Shown here: positions 1 to 10,581 of the stretch, one piece after another
How the letters are laid out: each line of letters begins with the position of its first letter
Numbering within the stretch: the first letter of the stretch is position 1
Assembly (NCBI GenBank): GCA_965222225.1
Contig: CBDCTK010000002.1
Span: 960,001-1,024,000 of the forward strand
Length of the DNA: 64,000 nt
Reading direction: 5' to 3'
DNA from: Candidatus Poribacteria bacterium
Lineage (GTDB): Bacteria; Poribacteria; WGA-4E; JAJDTR01
Program-made: the position numbers and the translations under genes
The notes under the pieces: model-generated
What the model was told of the DNA's origin: nothing
The model's database searches: none
The model's input: only the letters and a program-made list of their open reading frames with translations

Positions 1-189
1 TCCAGTTACCTATGCCAGAGCGATATGCGGCTGCACTTCGGGCTTGGGGAAGCAACGGAAGCGGTTGTGGTAGAGGTCCGATGGCCTAGCGGCGTAGTAG
101 ACCGTTTTAATGGGGTGAATGCCAACAAGTTCCTACAGGTGACGGAGGGCGAAGGTAAGTTGGTCGTTTTGGGCTTCAAGAAAGAATAA
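1..189 (+). CDS. 3' end of ASPIC/UnbV-domain (CRTAC1-like) protein, partial
   Basis: Frame 1 reads SSYLCQSDMRLHFGLG...VEVRWPSG...VTEG to TAA at 187-189, the typical ASPIC/UnbV C-terminal motif. Confidence 0.85.
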   Translation, partial: SSYLCQSDMRLHFGLGEATEAVVVEVRWPSGVVDRFNGVNANKFLQVTEGEGKLVVLGFKKE

Positions 190-193
190 TCAT

Positions 194-2116
194 ATGACCG
201 TCGTCGCACCGAAACGCAGAACAGCCGTCACTTGGCGTGCCGTCCTAATAGGTTTTCTTCTAATTCCGCCTAATTCCCAGTGGATTATGCAGATGGAGGC
301 AATCTATTCCTCGGCGCATTCGACAAACTTCTCGCTGTTCTTCAACGCCGTCTGTAATTTGCTAGTCTTAATCGTAGTCAACACCCTACTGAAAAGATTC
401 TCTCCCAAATTCGTATTTAGTCAGACTGAGCTCCTCACCATTTATATTATGCTGAATCTATCAGCGGCGATGATTGGCAGCAGCATGATGCAGCTCTTGC
501 CCCCGGCAATGGCTGCTCCGGTTACGCTCGCAACCCCGGAGAACGATTGGCAGAATCTCTTCGGACGTTATATGCCCGAATGGCTGACGATTACCGATAA
601 GCGCGCGTTGGAAGGATACATTCGAGGCGTAAAAAGAGGAGAAGCTACCCTCTACACTGGACGGCACCTTGGGGCATGGGTCGGTCCGGCACTAATCTGG
701 TCAGTCTTTATTTGCGCGCTTATGTTCGTGCTGATCTGCATTAACGTTATCGTCCGCAAGCAGTGGACTGACCGGGAAAGACTCACCTATCCGGTCACGC
801 AACTCCCCTTTGAAATCACCCGCCCTGCCGCTGGCTTGTTCAAGAACAAACTGTTCTTGATTAGTTATGCGACGTTCTGCGCCATCAACATCATCAACGG
901 TTTACATTTCTTTTTTCCGACTGTGCCTTATCTGCGAATTGCGCCCTACGATCTCGGTCCGCTTTTCACTACCGAACCGTGGAACGCATTGGGATATACT
1001 CCGCTCACCTTTCGGCCCTTCATGGCAGGATTGATCTTTCTGATTCCTCTGGACATGTCGTTCTCCTGCTGGTTCTTCTTCTTCTTTTGGAAAGCGCAGA
1101 TTGTTCTGGGGAGCGCCCTCGGCTTCCGCCAACGCCCAGAATTTCCCGAGCAGAGCGCAGGCGCCTACATTGCCCTCGCCGTCATTGCCGCTTGGATGGG
1201 TAGACGTCATCTGGCAACTATCTTCGGATCCGTAATTCGCTTCACGACCAATGAAAGCGAAGTTGATGATGTCAATGAGCCGCTGCGATACCGAACCGCA
1301 GTGCTTGGAATCATCTGTGGGTTCGCTTTTCTCATCTTCTTCTGCTGGAAGGCAGGCATGACACCCCTTGCAGCCGGAGCCTTCTTCGCGCTATACCTGA
1401 TGACCGTGATCGGTGTTACCCGCGTACGTGCCGAGGTCGGTTCGCCTGTTCACGACCTCCACTTTGCAGGTCCTGAATACCTCATGGTTGATGCGGTGGG
1501 AACACGAAGAATGGGGACAAGCAACTTGTCAATCCTTTCCCTCTTCTGGTTCCTGACACGCGCTCACCACAGCGACGTTATGCCTCATCAGCTTGAAGGG
1601 TTCAAGCTCGCCGACCGCGCCCAATCCAATAATCGAGGCGTGCTTGCTGCGATGCTAGTTGCTACCGTCTTCGGCACCTTAGTTGCTTTCTGGGCAATTC
1701 TGGATTTGTCATACCGTTACGGAAGTGGCTGGAGCGGTGGTGAGTCATTCAGGCGTCTGCAGGGGTGGTTGACCTATACGACATCAACCGATCTTACAGG
1801 ATTGGGATATTTTGCGTACGGACTCCTGTTCGGAATATTCGTGATGTTCATGCGTGTAAGATTCATCTGGTGGTCGCTCCATCCAGCAGGTTATGCTGTG
1901 TCTAGTACCTACGGGATGCGCGACTGGTGGTCGGTCTTCTTTTTCGTATGGTTGATTAAATGGCTCATCTTGAAACTTGGTGGATTAAAGGTTCATCAGC
2001 AGGTACGGCCTATATTTTTCGGTATGGTTCTTGGTGAGGTCACAATTGGTGGTTTTTGGGCGCTGTTTGGAGTCGTATTCAAAACGCAGACATTCAACTT
2101 TACTGCGTGGTGGTAA
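194..2116 (+). CDS. Polytopic membrane protein, DUF6785/DUF6784-like putative peptide transporter
   Basis: 640 aa, many TM segments, RKQWTDRERLTYP and WWSLHPAGY motifs. Confidence 0.7.
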   Translation: MTVVAPKRRTAVTWRAVLIGFLLIPPNSQWIMQMEAIYSSAHSTNFSLFFNAVCNLLVLIVVNTLLKRFSPKFVFSQTELLTIYIMLNLSAAMIGSSMMQLLPPAMAAPVTLATPENDWQNLFGRYMPEWLTITDKRALEGYIRGVKRGEATLYTGRHLGAWVGPALIWSVFICALMFVLICINVIVRKQWTDRERLTYPVTQLPFEITRPAAGLFKNKLFLISYATFCAINIINGLHFFFPTVPYLRIAPYDLGPLFTTEPWNALGYTPLTFRPFMAGLIFLIPLDMSFSCWFFFFFWKAQIVLGSALGFRQRPEFPEQSAGAYIALAVIAAWMGRRHLATIFGSVIRFTTNESEVDDVNEPLRYRTAVLGIICGFAFLIFFCWKAGMTPLAAGAFFALYLMTVIGVTRVRAEVGSPVHDLHFAGPEYLMVDAVGTRRMGTSNLSILSLFWFLTRAHHSDVMPHQLEGFKLADRAQSNNRGVLAAMLVATVFGTLVAFWAILDLSYRYGSGWSGGESFRRLQGWLTYTTSTDLTGLGYFAYGLLFGIFVMFMRVRFIWWSLHPAGYAVSSTYGMRDWWSVFFFVWLIKWLILKLGGLKVHQQVRPIFFGMVLGEVTIGGFWALFGVVFKTQTFNFTAWW

Positions 2117-2306
2117 CTCACTTCTTCTGCCTGCCAAGCTGAAACAATCCAATAACCGCAGCCCGAGAAACAATGGTGGGAATTTTGTTTTACATTAAGA
2201 TTAAGACATGGTAGAATCACATACCGTTTGAAGGAGGCAAGTTAGCCCGAACTCCTGAATAACTACCTCAGCACATACGACAGTCACAAGAGGGAAAATC
2301 CAAGCT

Positions 2307-3353
2307 ATGGCGCAGGGCGCCGGTGGTCAGCCATATCGGGTTGCAATTGTCGGAACGGGGAGCATCGCAACTCGGCACGGTAGAGCGTGCAACGAAGTCG
2401 ATTCCGCCGAGTTGTGGGCAATTTGCGACATATCCGAAGATTCACTGTCATCATTCGGGGATGAGTTCGGTGTCGCTCCTCGATACACCAACCTGAAAGA
2501 GATGTTGGCGACCGAGGAAATCGACATAGCTATCGTTTCCACCTGGGGCCCGGCGCACGCCGAAACTACCATACAAATTGCGGAATCCAAGAGCGTTAAG
2601 GCAATTCTCTGCGAAAAACCCTTTGCGCTCACCACTAGCGAGGCTGAGCGGATGGCAGCAGCGGCACACCGAAACGGTGTTTTGCTTGCGGAAGCGTTTA
2701 AATTTCGACACCATCCCATGCACCTGCGCGCAAAAGAGTTGGTGGATAGCGGTGTCATCGGCGATGTCCGATCTATCCGCAGTACACTTGTCACCCCTCC
2801 GAGGGTGCTTCGGCTAGAGGTTAACGATGGTAAACTTCTTCCTGACAGGAATTGGCGATGGAACAGACAAAAAGGCGGGGGAAGCATTTATGATGTTGGG
2901 TGTTACTGCATTCACCATGCACGGTTTATCTTGGATGCCGAACCGGTTCGAGTCTTCGCCGTCGCAGAACGCGGAGTGGAAGTGGATGACGCAACCTATA
3001 TTATTCTCGAATTTGCCGGCGACCACGTTGCTCAAATCTCGGTCGGCTACACCTCTTGGGATTCTCAATACACTGAAATCTGTGGAACAAGTGGAATGAT
3101 TCGTATGGACCGCGCGTGGAGCAACGAAGACAAACCCGTTACGCTCCAACTTCAAACAAACCGGGGAACCGAAAACATTGACTTTGAGCCGACATTCCAG
3201 TTCACCGATCAACTCCAACACCTTTGCGATTGCCTAAGCTCGGGTATTCCTGTCCGTATTTCATTGAATAACAGTATCTGTCAAGTTAGGGTAATTGACG
3301 CCGTCTTTGAATCACTCGAAACAGGTAAGGCAATCGAAATGCATCCTGCATAA
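2307..3353 (+). CDS. Gfo/Idh/MocA oxidoreductase
   Basis: GTGSIA Rossmann motif, CEKP, GGGSIYDVGCY. Confidence 0.9.
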   Translation: MAQGAGGQPYRVAIVGTGSIATRHGRACNEVDSAELWAICDISEDSLSSFGDEFGVAPRYTNLKEMLATEEIDIAIVSTWGPAHAETTIQIAESKSVKAILCEKPFALTTSEAERMAAAAHRNGVLLAEAFKFRHHPMHLRAKELVDSGVIGDVRSIRSTLVTPPRVLRLEVNDGKLLPDRNWRWNRQKGGGSIYDVGCYCIHHARFILDAEPVRVFAVAERGVEVDDATYIILEFAGDHVAQISVGYTSWDSQYTEICGTSGMIRMDRAWSNEDKPVTLQLQTNRGTENIDFEPTFQFTDQLQHLCDCLSSGIPVRISLNNSICQVRVIDAVFESLETGKAIEMHPA

Positions 3354-3464
3354 GCCGTCCTTGTATCAGCCGTGCTTGTCCATATTCGCGGTATCGTCGT
3401 GCTCCTTGACCTGCAGAAGGAAAATCCCCTTCTGATTGCCATTATCATTATCACTTGGTTTAGA

Positions 3465-3836
3465 ATGGAAGGCCCATTTCAACTAGACGAAAACGTGATT
3501 GACGCAGTCATCACCCAAACAACACCCGCTGTTTACCTGATTCGCCGAATTGAAGAAACTGAAGCATACGCCCACTACAAGGCACGAATTGAGCGCGCCG
3601 ATGCTGGCGCCCTTAAGGATGAACTCAAACAATGGATTGGCTCCGACTACCGCGTCTTCTGTTTCCAATATGTAAAGGGGATAGATACGGCATTCCAACG
3701 GCAATGCATTTTATGGCATGAAATGGGTGGAGCAGCGAATGAGCTTGATAACGAACGGCATCCTGTGCCGAACGAAGGATGTACAGCTCTGTGCTCTATC
3801 TGTGCCAACGCGACAGATCGCTCTGCCTCTACTTAG
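3465..3836 (+). CDS. Small hypothetical protein, degenerate GIY-YIG-like with C-terminal His/Cys cluster
   Basis: Start taken at MEGPF; PAVYLI...AFQRQCILWH...LDNERHP...CSIC pattern. Confidence 0.5.
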   Translation: MEGPFQLDENVIDAVITQTTPAVYLIRRIEETEAYAHYKARIERADAGALKDELKQWIGSDYRVFCFQYVKGIDTAFQRQCILWHEMGGAANELDNERHPVPNEGCTALCSICANATDRSAST

Positions 3837-3956
3837 CCTATGCGCAGCCAAGGGATCGCGAAATACTTCCACCTATTAACACAAGCCATTAAACCTAATC
3901 CGTGCACATGGCATTCTATGCCTGACCCACGACAGAATTCCAAGGAGGCACCTTAA

Positions 3957-4793
3957 ATGAAACTGTCCAAAGAGCAACAGAACTTCTTCGAGACGTTCGG
4001 ATACCTGCTGATACCGCAGCTATTTTCCCCGGAAGAAACGGAGAAGATTATTGAGAACTTTGAATGGTCAATCCAAAATCGTGGCGGTGGAAAAGATCAT
4101 GATGGCTCCCGTCGCACCATGTTTCCAGGACCCATTGAGCATCATGCAGAGCTGTGCGCGATTCTCGATCATCCGTCAATACTTGGCCTTCTCGGAGGCG
4201 TGATGGGTGACGATTTCTATTACTGCGGCGGTGACGGCAACTACTATACCGGAAACACGAGCTGGCATCCTGATGGTAGCTGGGGACGGCTCATTGCAAC
4301 GAAAACCGCTTTCTATCTGGACCATCTCACTCGTGACACCGGAGCACTTCGTCTCATTCCGGGTAGTCATCATCCCGACCATTTCGTTCGGAAAGAAAAA
4401 TTAGATGTCAATAACTCGCTAGAACTTTTTGGCGTGCCGCCATCGGAGCTTCCCGGCAGCATAGCCGTCGAAACGAATCCCGGCGACATTGCTATCTTCA
4501 ATCACGATCTGTACCATGCCTCATTCGGTGGTACCGCGCGAAGACGCATGTTCACGATGAACTGCACGATTTGCCCGAAGACCACTGACGAGAAAGAACA
4601 GGTGCGTCAATATCTAAGTATTCATACACCCGGTAGTGGCAATCATGTGACGGGAGCTGGCGTGTATTTTCCGCCGATGATAGATACCGCTGATGAAGAT
4701 CGGATGGCTCACCTCCATGGGCCGATAGAGATTCATGACCAACTTTTCCCGCATCTGGCGAGAGACGTCGTGAACAAGGAAGCCGCTGTCTAA
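3957..4793 (+). CDS. Phytanoyl-CoA dioxygenase family protein
   Basis: FFETFGYL, WHPD, GALRLIPGSH, PGDIAIFNHDLYH; RBS AAGGAGG. Confidence 0.9.
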   Translation: MKLSKEQQNFFETFGYLLIPQLFSPEETEKIIENFEWSIQNRGGGKDHDGSRRTMFPGPIEHHAELCAILDHPSILGLLGGVMGDDFYYCGGDGNYYTGNTSWHPDGSWGRLIATKTAFYLDHLTRDTGALRLIPGSHHPDHFVRKEKLDVNNSLELFGVPPSELPGSIAVETNPGDIAIFNHDLYHASFGGTARRRMFTMNCTICPKTTDEKEQVRQYLSIHTPGSGNHVTGAGVYFPPMIDTADEDRMAHLHGPIEIHDQLFPHLARDVVNKEAAV

Positions 4794-5006
4794 ATCACGG
4801 TAAGCTCAAATACCAATGCCTTCGATATCAAACTAGCAATTCGAACCTTTTCTACAACAATTATGTAGTAGTGATCTTCGATAATACATTGAAGAATTTC
4901 TCTGCACCGCAAAGATTGTTCGGGGTAATCAATCTGGCGCAACCTTTCAACCTGCCATTCGACGATATTGTCCACTAGGTTTAACTTTCACTGTTGGAGT
5001 AACAAG

Positions 5007-6554
5007 ATGTCAATGTGGCTTACGAATCAGCAAATTCAGCATTTGCGGCGCGGATACCAAAAGAATATCGAGTCCCCTGTGCCAACGCAGGTTATCTCCA
5101 GCGGAGAGTGCTTTCCCCCGCCGCAAACCCGTCAACAGGTTCAGGTAGAGTCGCTGATTCAGGAAAATGCTCAAGTATATGCTCGTCGTCAGGGTTTGGA
5201 GCGTCAATCCTACCTACGTTCTCGCAGCGGCATGGCTAGCGCATTTCTCGCCATGAATCAGGTATTCGGAGAGGTTTACGAAATCGACCCCGCCGAAGCC
5301 GAAGACCACGCTGCTGCGCGCGAACGACATGACAAAACCGCAGATCAGTTTATCTTTGATGTCCATACCCATCATGTACACGACGATTACAGTTGGGAGG
5401 GCATACTTTGGTTACGTGACGCCGCCCGTGGAAACAACCAAGCAAAGAAACCGTGGAACCCGGATCTTACCGACTTGGAACTCGATCTCAAATATTACAA
5501 GTTCGACTACTATCTCAAGGACATGTTCTTCGATAGCGATACCACGGTTGCCCTGCTAAGCACGTCGCCGGCAGTCGATCCGTATAAAAGGCTTCTATCC
5601 GATGATCAGATGGTCGCCACAAGAAACCTCGTCAATCGCCTGTCCGGTACGCGGCGGATGTTTGCCCACGGGATTATCTGGCCAAGTATTCCCGAGTATT
5701 CGGAGGCGATGGAGCGCGCCGCCACGGAACTGAAGGTGGATTCGTGGAAAGGCTACACTGTTGGAGATATACTCGGCGAAATACCGAGTTTTGAAAAACC
5801 TTGGCTCATGGACGACGAAGATCTGACCTATCCAACCTACGAAAAGGCACGTAAGTTAGGTGTCCGAACCATATGCGTACACAAGGGAGTCTTGCCAATC
5901 GACTACGAGACAATCCCAAACTGGCATTACGCCTCGGTGGATGATGTTGGAAAAGCGGCTCAGGATTGGCCCGACTTAAATTTCCACATCTATCACGCCG
6001 GCTTGAAAATGTGGCGGGACGCTCGTAGCGTCAGTGAAGAGTTTGAAAGGACCGGACGGCTGGAGTGGATTGACGAGATGGCAGCAATACCCGAAAAATA
6101 CGGCGTCTCGAACGTGTATGCCGACATCGGGCTTTCGTTCGGCGCCTTGGCTATTACGCATCCCAGGATTGCCGCCGCGATGCTGGCAAAACTAGTCAAA
6201 GGGCTCGGAGCCGATCGCGTCCTCTGGGGCACGGATTCAATCTGGGCGGGGTCGCCGCAATGGCAAATCGAGGCATTCCGACGTATTGAAATTCCACCCG
6301 ATATACAGGAAAAATACGACTTTGAACCGCTAGGCCCCCCAGATGGTCCAGTAAAAACCGCTATCTTTGGCGTCAACGCCGCCTGTCAATACGGCATCGA
6401 ATTAGACGTGAACCGCCGTCCGATAGCAGATTACCGGAACGACGAGCTGTCACGCCTGAAAGCCGAGTATCTGGCAGCCGGCAACCAGCGCGATAATCTG
6501 TACTGGGGTTGGATACAACAACAGAAAGCCAATTCACCTGCCTGTCCTCCATAG
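5007..6554 (+). CDS. Amidohydrolase family protein
   Basis: DVHTHHVH, ICVHKG, IYHAG and WGTDSIW metal-binding motifs. Confidence 0.85.
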   Translation: MSMWLTNQQIQHLRRGYQKNIESPVPTQVISSGECFPPPQTRQQVQVESLIQENAQVYARRQGLERQSYLRSRSGMASAFLAMNQVFGEVYEIDPAEAEDHAAARERHDKTADQFIFDVHTHHVHDDYSWEGILWLRDAARGNNQAKKPWNPDLTDLELDLKYYKFDYYLKDMFFDSDTTVALLSTSPAVDPYKRLLSDDQMVATRNLVNRLSGTRRMFAHGIIWPSIPEYSEAMERAATELKVDSWKGYTVGDILGEIPSFEKPWLMDDEDLTYPTYEKARKLGVRTICVHKGVLPIDYETIPNWHYASVDDVGKAAQDWPDLNFHIYHAGLKMWRDARSVSEEFERTGRLEWIDEMAAIPEKYGVSNVYADIGLSFGALAITHPRIAAAMLAKLVKGLGADRVLWGTDSIWAGSPQWQIEAFRRIEIPPDIQEKYDFEPLGPPDGPVKTAIFGVNAACQYGIELDVNRRPIADYRNDELSRLKAEYLAAGNQRDNLYWGWIQQQKANSPACPP

Positions 6555-6707
6555 AATTGCTAATGCCGGTTATCAATTGAGGTATCCAAATCGTGCGTCT
6601 TCTTGACGAGTAACCGTCATTGTATATATCGGTGCCTCTCAAGGTATTTGGCGTGCCTCAAGAAATAGTGCAAAAGTGGCCAGTGAAGGCAATCCCCGTT
6701 ACGGATT

Positions 6708-7535
6708 CTACGCACGTTTCGGCGGGGCGGCAGACACCCCTTCCAAACCTCCGCTGACTCTGAGGACCTCACCGGTTATCCAGGACGCCTGAGGACTACA
6801 TAGGAAGGTCACTACCCGTGCGATGTCGATCGGTTCGCCCCATCGTCCTAACGGAATTGCCGTACGGATGCGTTCAATCATCTCGTCCTCGGTGATGTTC
6901 AAGCTCTGGCAGCGTTGCGCCATGGTTTGCCTATTGAACTCGGTGTATACGGGCCCTGGACTCACGGCATTTACGCGCACGCCGTAAGCCGCCAACTCTA
7001 TCGCCAAGGTTCGGGTCAGGCTGATTACCCCCGCTTTCGCTACGTTATAAGCTGCAACCAGCGCCGCTGGATTCTGACCGTTGATTGATGCGAGGTTTAC
7101 GATGCACCCCGACTCCTGCTGTTCCATAATTGCCCCTGCCGCGCGACAACAGTAGAACGTCCCGGTCAATGTCGCGCTCAAAACCCGATCCCACTCCTCA
7201 TCGCTCAAGGCAACGACTGGGGCGATATTCTGTCCGACGCCGGCATTATTGACAAGAATATCCATCCGTCCATGTTCGTCTATCACATCATCAAAAAATG
7301 CAGTGGCTCCGGCACTATCGGTAATGTTCAAGTAAGCTGCCTGCACTTTTAAGCCATCTGTCTGCAGCCGCGCGGCTTCAGTCCTACCCTTGTCGTGTTG
7401 CAGGTCGGCGATGATTACCGTTGCGCCATCGCGGGCGAGTTGCTCGCAGATTCCCAAACCCAACCCCTGGGAAGCCCCGGTCACCACTGCGATCAAACCA
7501 TCAAGGTTGCGCGGAGCAGCCACACTATCGTTCAT
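6708..7535 (-). CDS. Short-chain dehydrogenase/reductase
   Basis: TGASQGLG, NNAG, YNVAK. Confidence 0.92.
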   Translation of the reverse strand: MNDSVAAPRNLDGLIAVVTGASQGLGLGICEQLARDGATVIIADLQHDKGRTEAARLQTDGLKVQAAYLNITDSAGATAFFDDVIDEHGRMDILVNNAGVGQNIAPVVALSDEEWDRVLSATLTGTFYCCRAAGAIMEQQESGCIVNLASINGQNPAALVAAYNVAKAGVISLTRTLAIELAAYGVRVNAVSPGPVYTEFNRQTMAQRCQSLNITEDEMIERIRTAIPLGRWGEPIDIARVVTFLCSPQASWITGEVLRVSGGLEGVSAAPPKRA

Positions 7536-7572
7536 GAATATACCTCCTCGGATTCAATTACCGTCTGAAGAT

Positions 7573-8742
7573 TCATAGCCCTTCCATACTCACCCATGTC
7601 GATCCTTTTTCGCATGACTCAACTGCTTTATAGATGAACTGCATGCCTCGAAGGCCATCATAAACAGTCGGGAAGTTATATTCCTTGCTCTTCAAAGGCT
7701 TGCCATCGATGTGTTGCCGTATTGCCTCAACGACACCCACGTAAATGGTAGCGAAACCCTCCAAGTACCCTTCCGGATGTCCGGGTGGGATACGTGCGCT
7801 CACGACCGCCGCTTCAGAAAGATACCCCTGGCCGCGAGTAAGTGTCTGCCTCGGCTTGCCATAACGATAGAGTTCTAGGTAGTTCGGATTCTCGTGTGCC
7901 CACTTAACCGCTCCATTTTCAGCGTACACGCGGAGCGTCAATCCATTCTCTTCACCGGTAGCCACCTGGCTGATAGTGAGCACGCCCTTCCCGCCTCCTT
8001 TGAAGCGGAGTAGCGCATTGACATCTTCGTCAAGCACTCGATCCGGGAGGAATGTACTCTTGTCCGCACACAATTCGGTAATCGGATCTCTCGTGACGTA
8101 CTCTAGCAAGTTTACACAGTGCGTTCCTACATCACCCAGTGTACCGCCGATACCAGACTGCGTAGGATCAACCCGCCAAGCCGCCTGCTTTTGGCCAAGT
8201 TTCTCGTGGGGCACCATAAGGAAATCCTGGAGATATTCGACAATCACTTTGCGAATGGCTCCCATCTCGCCGGATTGGAACAGAGACCGCGCGTGTTTGA
8301 TGAGCGGGTGTCCAGTGTAGTTATGCGTCAATGCAAAGATAAGCCCTGACTCCTCCACGAGATTGACAAGATCCTTCGCCTCGCTGAGATTGTAGGTCAT
8401 CGGCTTATCGCAGACCACGTGGAACCCGGCTTCCAGAAATGTCTTTGCGATGGCATGATGGGAGACATTTGGCGTCACAATGCTAACAAAATCAATCCGC
8501 TCGTCCTCAGAGAGACTAGCTTCGGCTTCAGCCATTTCTCCATACGTACCGTAGCAGCGTGGTGGGGCAAGGTAAAGTTGCTCACCGGTAATCTTTGTGT
8601 TCTTGGGAACCTGTGAGAAACAGCCCGCGACAAGTTCGACCTGTTGATCGAGAGTGGCGGCGATACGATGCACACCGCCGATAAATGCACCCGGGCCGCC
8701 GCCAACCATACCCATTCGTAATTTACGTTTCCAAGATTCCAT
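7573..8742 (-). CDS. Gfo/Idh/MocA oxidoreductase
   Basis: GMVGGGPGAFIGGVH, CDKP, GDVGTH. Confidence 0.9.
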   Translation of the reverse strand: MESWKRKLRMGMVGGGPGAFIGGVHRIAATLDQQVELVAGCFSQVPKNTKITGEQLYLAPPRCYGTYGEMAEAEASLSEDERIDFVSIVTPNVSHHAIAKTFLEAGFHVVCDKPMTYNLSEAKDLVNLVEESGLIFALTHNYTGHPLIKHARSLFQSGEMGAIRKVIVEYLQDFLMVPHEKLGQKQAAWRVDPTQSGIGGTLGDVGTHCVNLLEYVTRDPITELCADKSTFLPDRVLDEDVNALLRFKGGGKGVLTISQVATGEENGLTLRVYAENGAVKWAHENPNYLELYRYGKPRQTLTRGQGYLSEAAVVSARIPPGHPEGYLEGFATIYVGVVEAIRQHIDGKPLKSKEYNFPTVYDGLRGMQFIYKAVESCEKGSTWVSMEGL

Positions 8743-8806
8743 TGATTTGCCTCCGTAAAAAGCAATAGAACCGCGCGGTTCTTAACTCCGACCGAATTTC
8801 CCCCGC

Positions 8807-9859
8807 TTATCCGCTCAAACCGAGAATCTTTCGATTGCGCGCGAGATTCACTTCACCACCCGCGAAGTCATCAAAGGCTACGTCAGTGGTTTCAATGATG
8901 TGATCGGCAATAAAGGGCGCACCTTCCGCCGCTCCTTGTGCTGGACTTTTCACGCAACATTCCCACTCAAGTGTCGCCCAGCCTTCATAACCGGCCTCCG
9001 CCAACAGCGTGAACACACGCCTAAAATCAACCTGACCATCGCCGAGCGAACGGAATCGACCTGCACGTCCCGCCCAAGGTTGATATCCTCCATAGACGCC
9101 TACACGCCCGGTTGGACGAAACTCCGCGTCCTTGACGTGAAATCCCCTGACGCGCTCACCATAAATCCTGATGAACTCAAGGTAATCGAGTTGTTGTAGC
9201 AGAAGGTGGCTCGGATCGTAATTCAGGCATGCTGCAGGGTGATCGTCGGTGTAACTGAGGAACATCTCGTAGGTAGCGCCATCGTAGATGTCCGAGCCAG
9301 GGTGTAACTCGTAGGCGAAGACACTCCCATTGTCATGGGCTAAATCCAAAAGCGGCCGCCACCGCTTAGCTAACTCCTTGAACGCCTCGTCAATTATCCC
9401 CTCGGGACGTTGAGGCCAAGGATAAACCATGTGCCATGCGAACGCACCAGATAGCGTCGGGATGACCTCGGTGCCCATATTGACCGAAGCGTAAACGCAT
9501 TTCTTTAATTCTCCCGCAGCCCATTCGGTTATGGCATCTCCCTTCAAGCCTGCCGGATGAAACGCTTCAAACATGACCTCGTACGCTGGATGCACCGCGA
9601 GAACCTGTCCCGCGAGATAGCCCCCTAACTCTGATGGCTCGAGCCCTATCTCTTTTAGTTGGCCTTTGTAATCATCACAATACATCTTCGATTCCGCAGC
9701 CCGGTCAATATCAATGACCCGCGCGTCCCAAGTCGGAATTTGAACGCCTCTGTATCCCAAACCTGCAACCCATCGTGCAATGTTTTGAATACTGTTGTAC
9801 GGCTCCTCGTCCCTTATGAACTGGGCGAGTAAAATACCTGGTCCCTTCATTTTCGGCAT
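8807..9859 (-). CDS. Sugar phosphate isomerase/epimerase (xylose isomerase-like TIM barrel)
   Basis: YELHP, NYDPSH, FHVKDAEF, LEWEC; co-oriented with the Gfo/Idh/MocA and SDR genes. Confidence 0.88.
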   Translation of the reverse strand: MPKMKGPGILLAQFIRDEEPYNSIQNIARWVAGLGYRGVQIPTWDARVIDIDRAAESKMYCDDYKGQLKEIGLEPSELGGYLAGQVLAVHPAYEVMFEAFHPAGLKGDAITEWAAGELKKCVYASVNMGTEVIPTLSGAFAWHMVYPWPQRPEGIIDEAFKELAKRWRPLLDLAHDNGSVFAYELHPGSDIYDGATYEMFLSYTDDHPAACLNYDPSHLLLQQLDYLEFIRIYGERVRGFHVKDAEFRPTGRVGVYGGYQPWAGRAGRFRSLGDGQVDFRRVFTLLAEAGYEGWATLEWECCVKSPAQGAAEGAPFIADHIIETTDVAFDDFAGGEVNLARNRKILGLSG

Positions 9860-9891
9860 AGCTGACTCCTTACACCTATTTCCACATTTTT

Positions 9892-10057
9892 GTAATGGTC
9901 AGGAAGATGTGAGACACTCATAGCTGCTTCCCGCAAGAGGGTTAATCTGCGATTTTATAATCGCAGATCGGCTTGGATTACCAAATCCAGGTCTTGACCG
10001 ATGGGGTAGTGAATACACGGGAGCAGTACGGCGTGTAAGCCATCGTTGACTAATACA
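9892..10057 (+). mobile_element. Structured non-coding element, copy A (MITE/SINE-like, probable RNA structure)
   Basis: Aligns end to end with 34701-34869; several hairpins; ends GTAATGGTCA / TGACTAATAC; flanked by 16-nt direct repeat at 9876-9891 and 10058-10073. Confidence 0.75.
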
Positions 10058-10581
10058 CTATTCCCGCATTTTTTTATAATTCTCATAAGATCTTCGTGAC
10101 AAAAACTCCATCCGCTTTGCATGAGCAAGGTAACTGAGGTCTTCAGTATATCACTCGTGAACACTTTTGTCAATCTCGCGCCTGGGACCAGACAGGGGAA
10201 ACGAATCTGATTTTTCAGAATAGAGTTGCCAGAATAGTAGTCAAATAATTGTTATCCCGTGCGGCTTTGAGTCGTTTGTTGGCGACACCAAGTTTAGTTG
10301 ACGTTTCAGACTTGAGTAGATTGAGAGCAATGCGTCGAACAAAGGCAAACTTCTCACCGCTGTTATCTTCACGAATTCGAGACGCATCCTCACGGAAAGC
10401 AACATCCAATACCCAATGACATGAGTTCTCAATCCGCCAGTGATGCCTGGTGGCTTCAAGCAACTTAGCCGCATCGCCGGGAAGCGAAGAAATGTAGTAG
10501 CGTGTCTCGCTGCCTACCTATTGGTCGGCTTCTCGCTGAGCGGTGACTGTGACGACGGCGTTGAGATTAGTGACACCCTCA

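Noticed and set aside
9892-10057. Riboswitch for the 8807-9859 operon
   Set aside because: G-U pattern and GNRA loop favour the plus strand, which is antisense to that leader; the second copy has the opposite gene context
9955-10173. 72-aa ORF (and 34466-34726 ORF)
   Set aside because: They overlap the non-coding element, have no family motifs, and are not conserved between the copies
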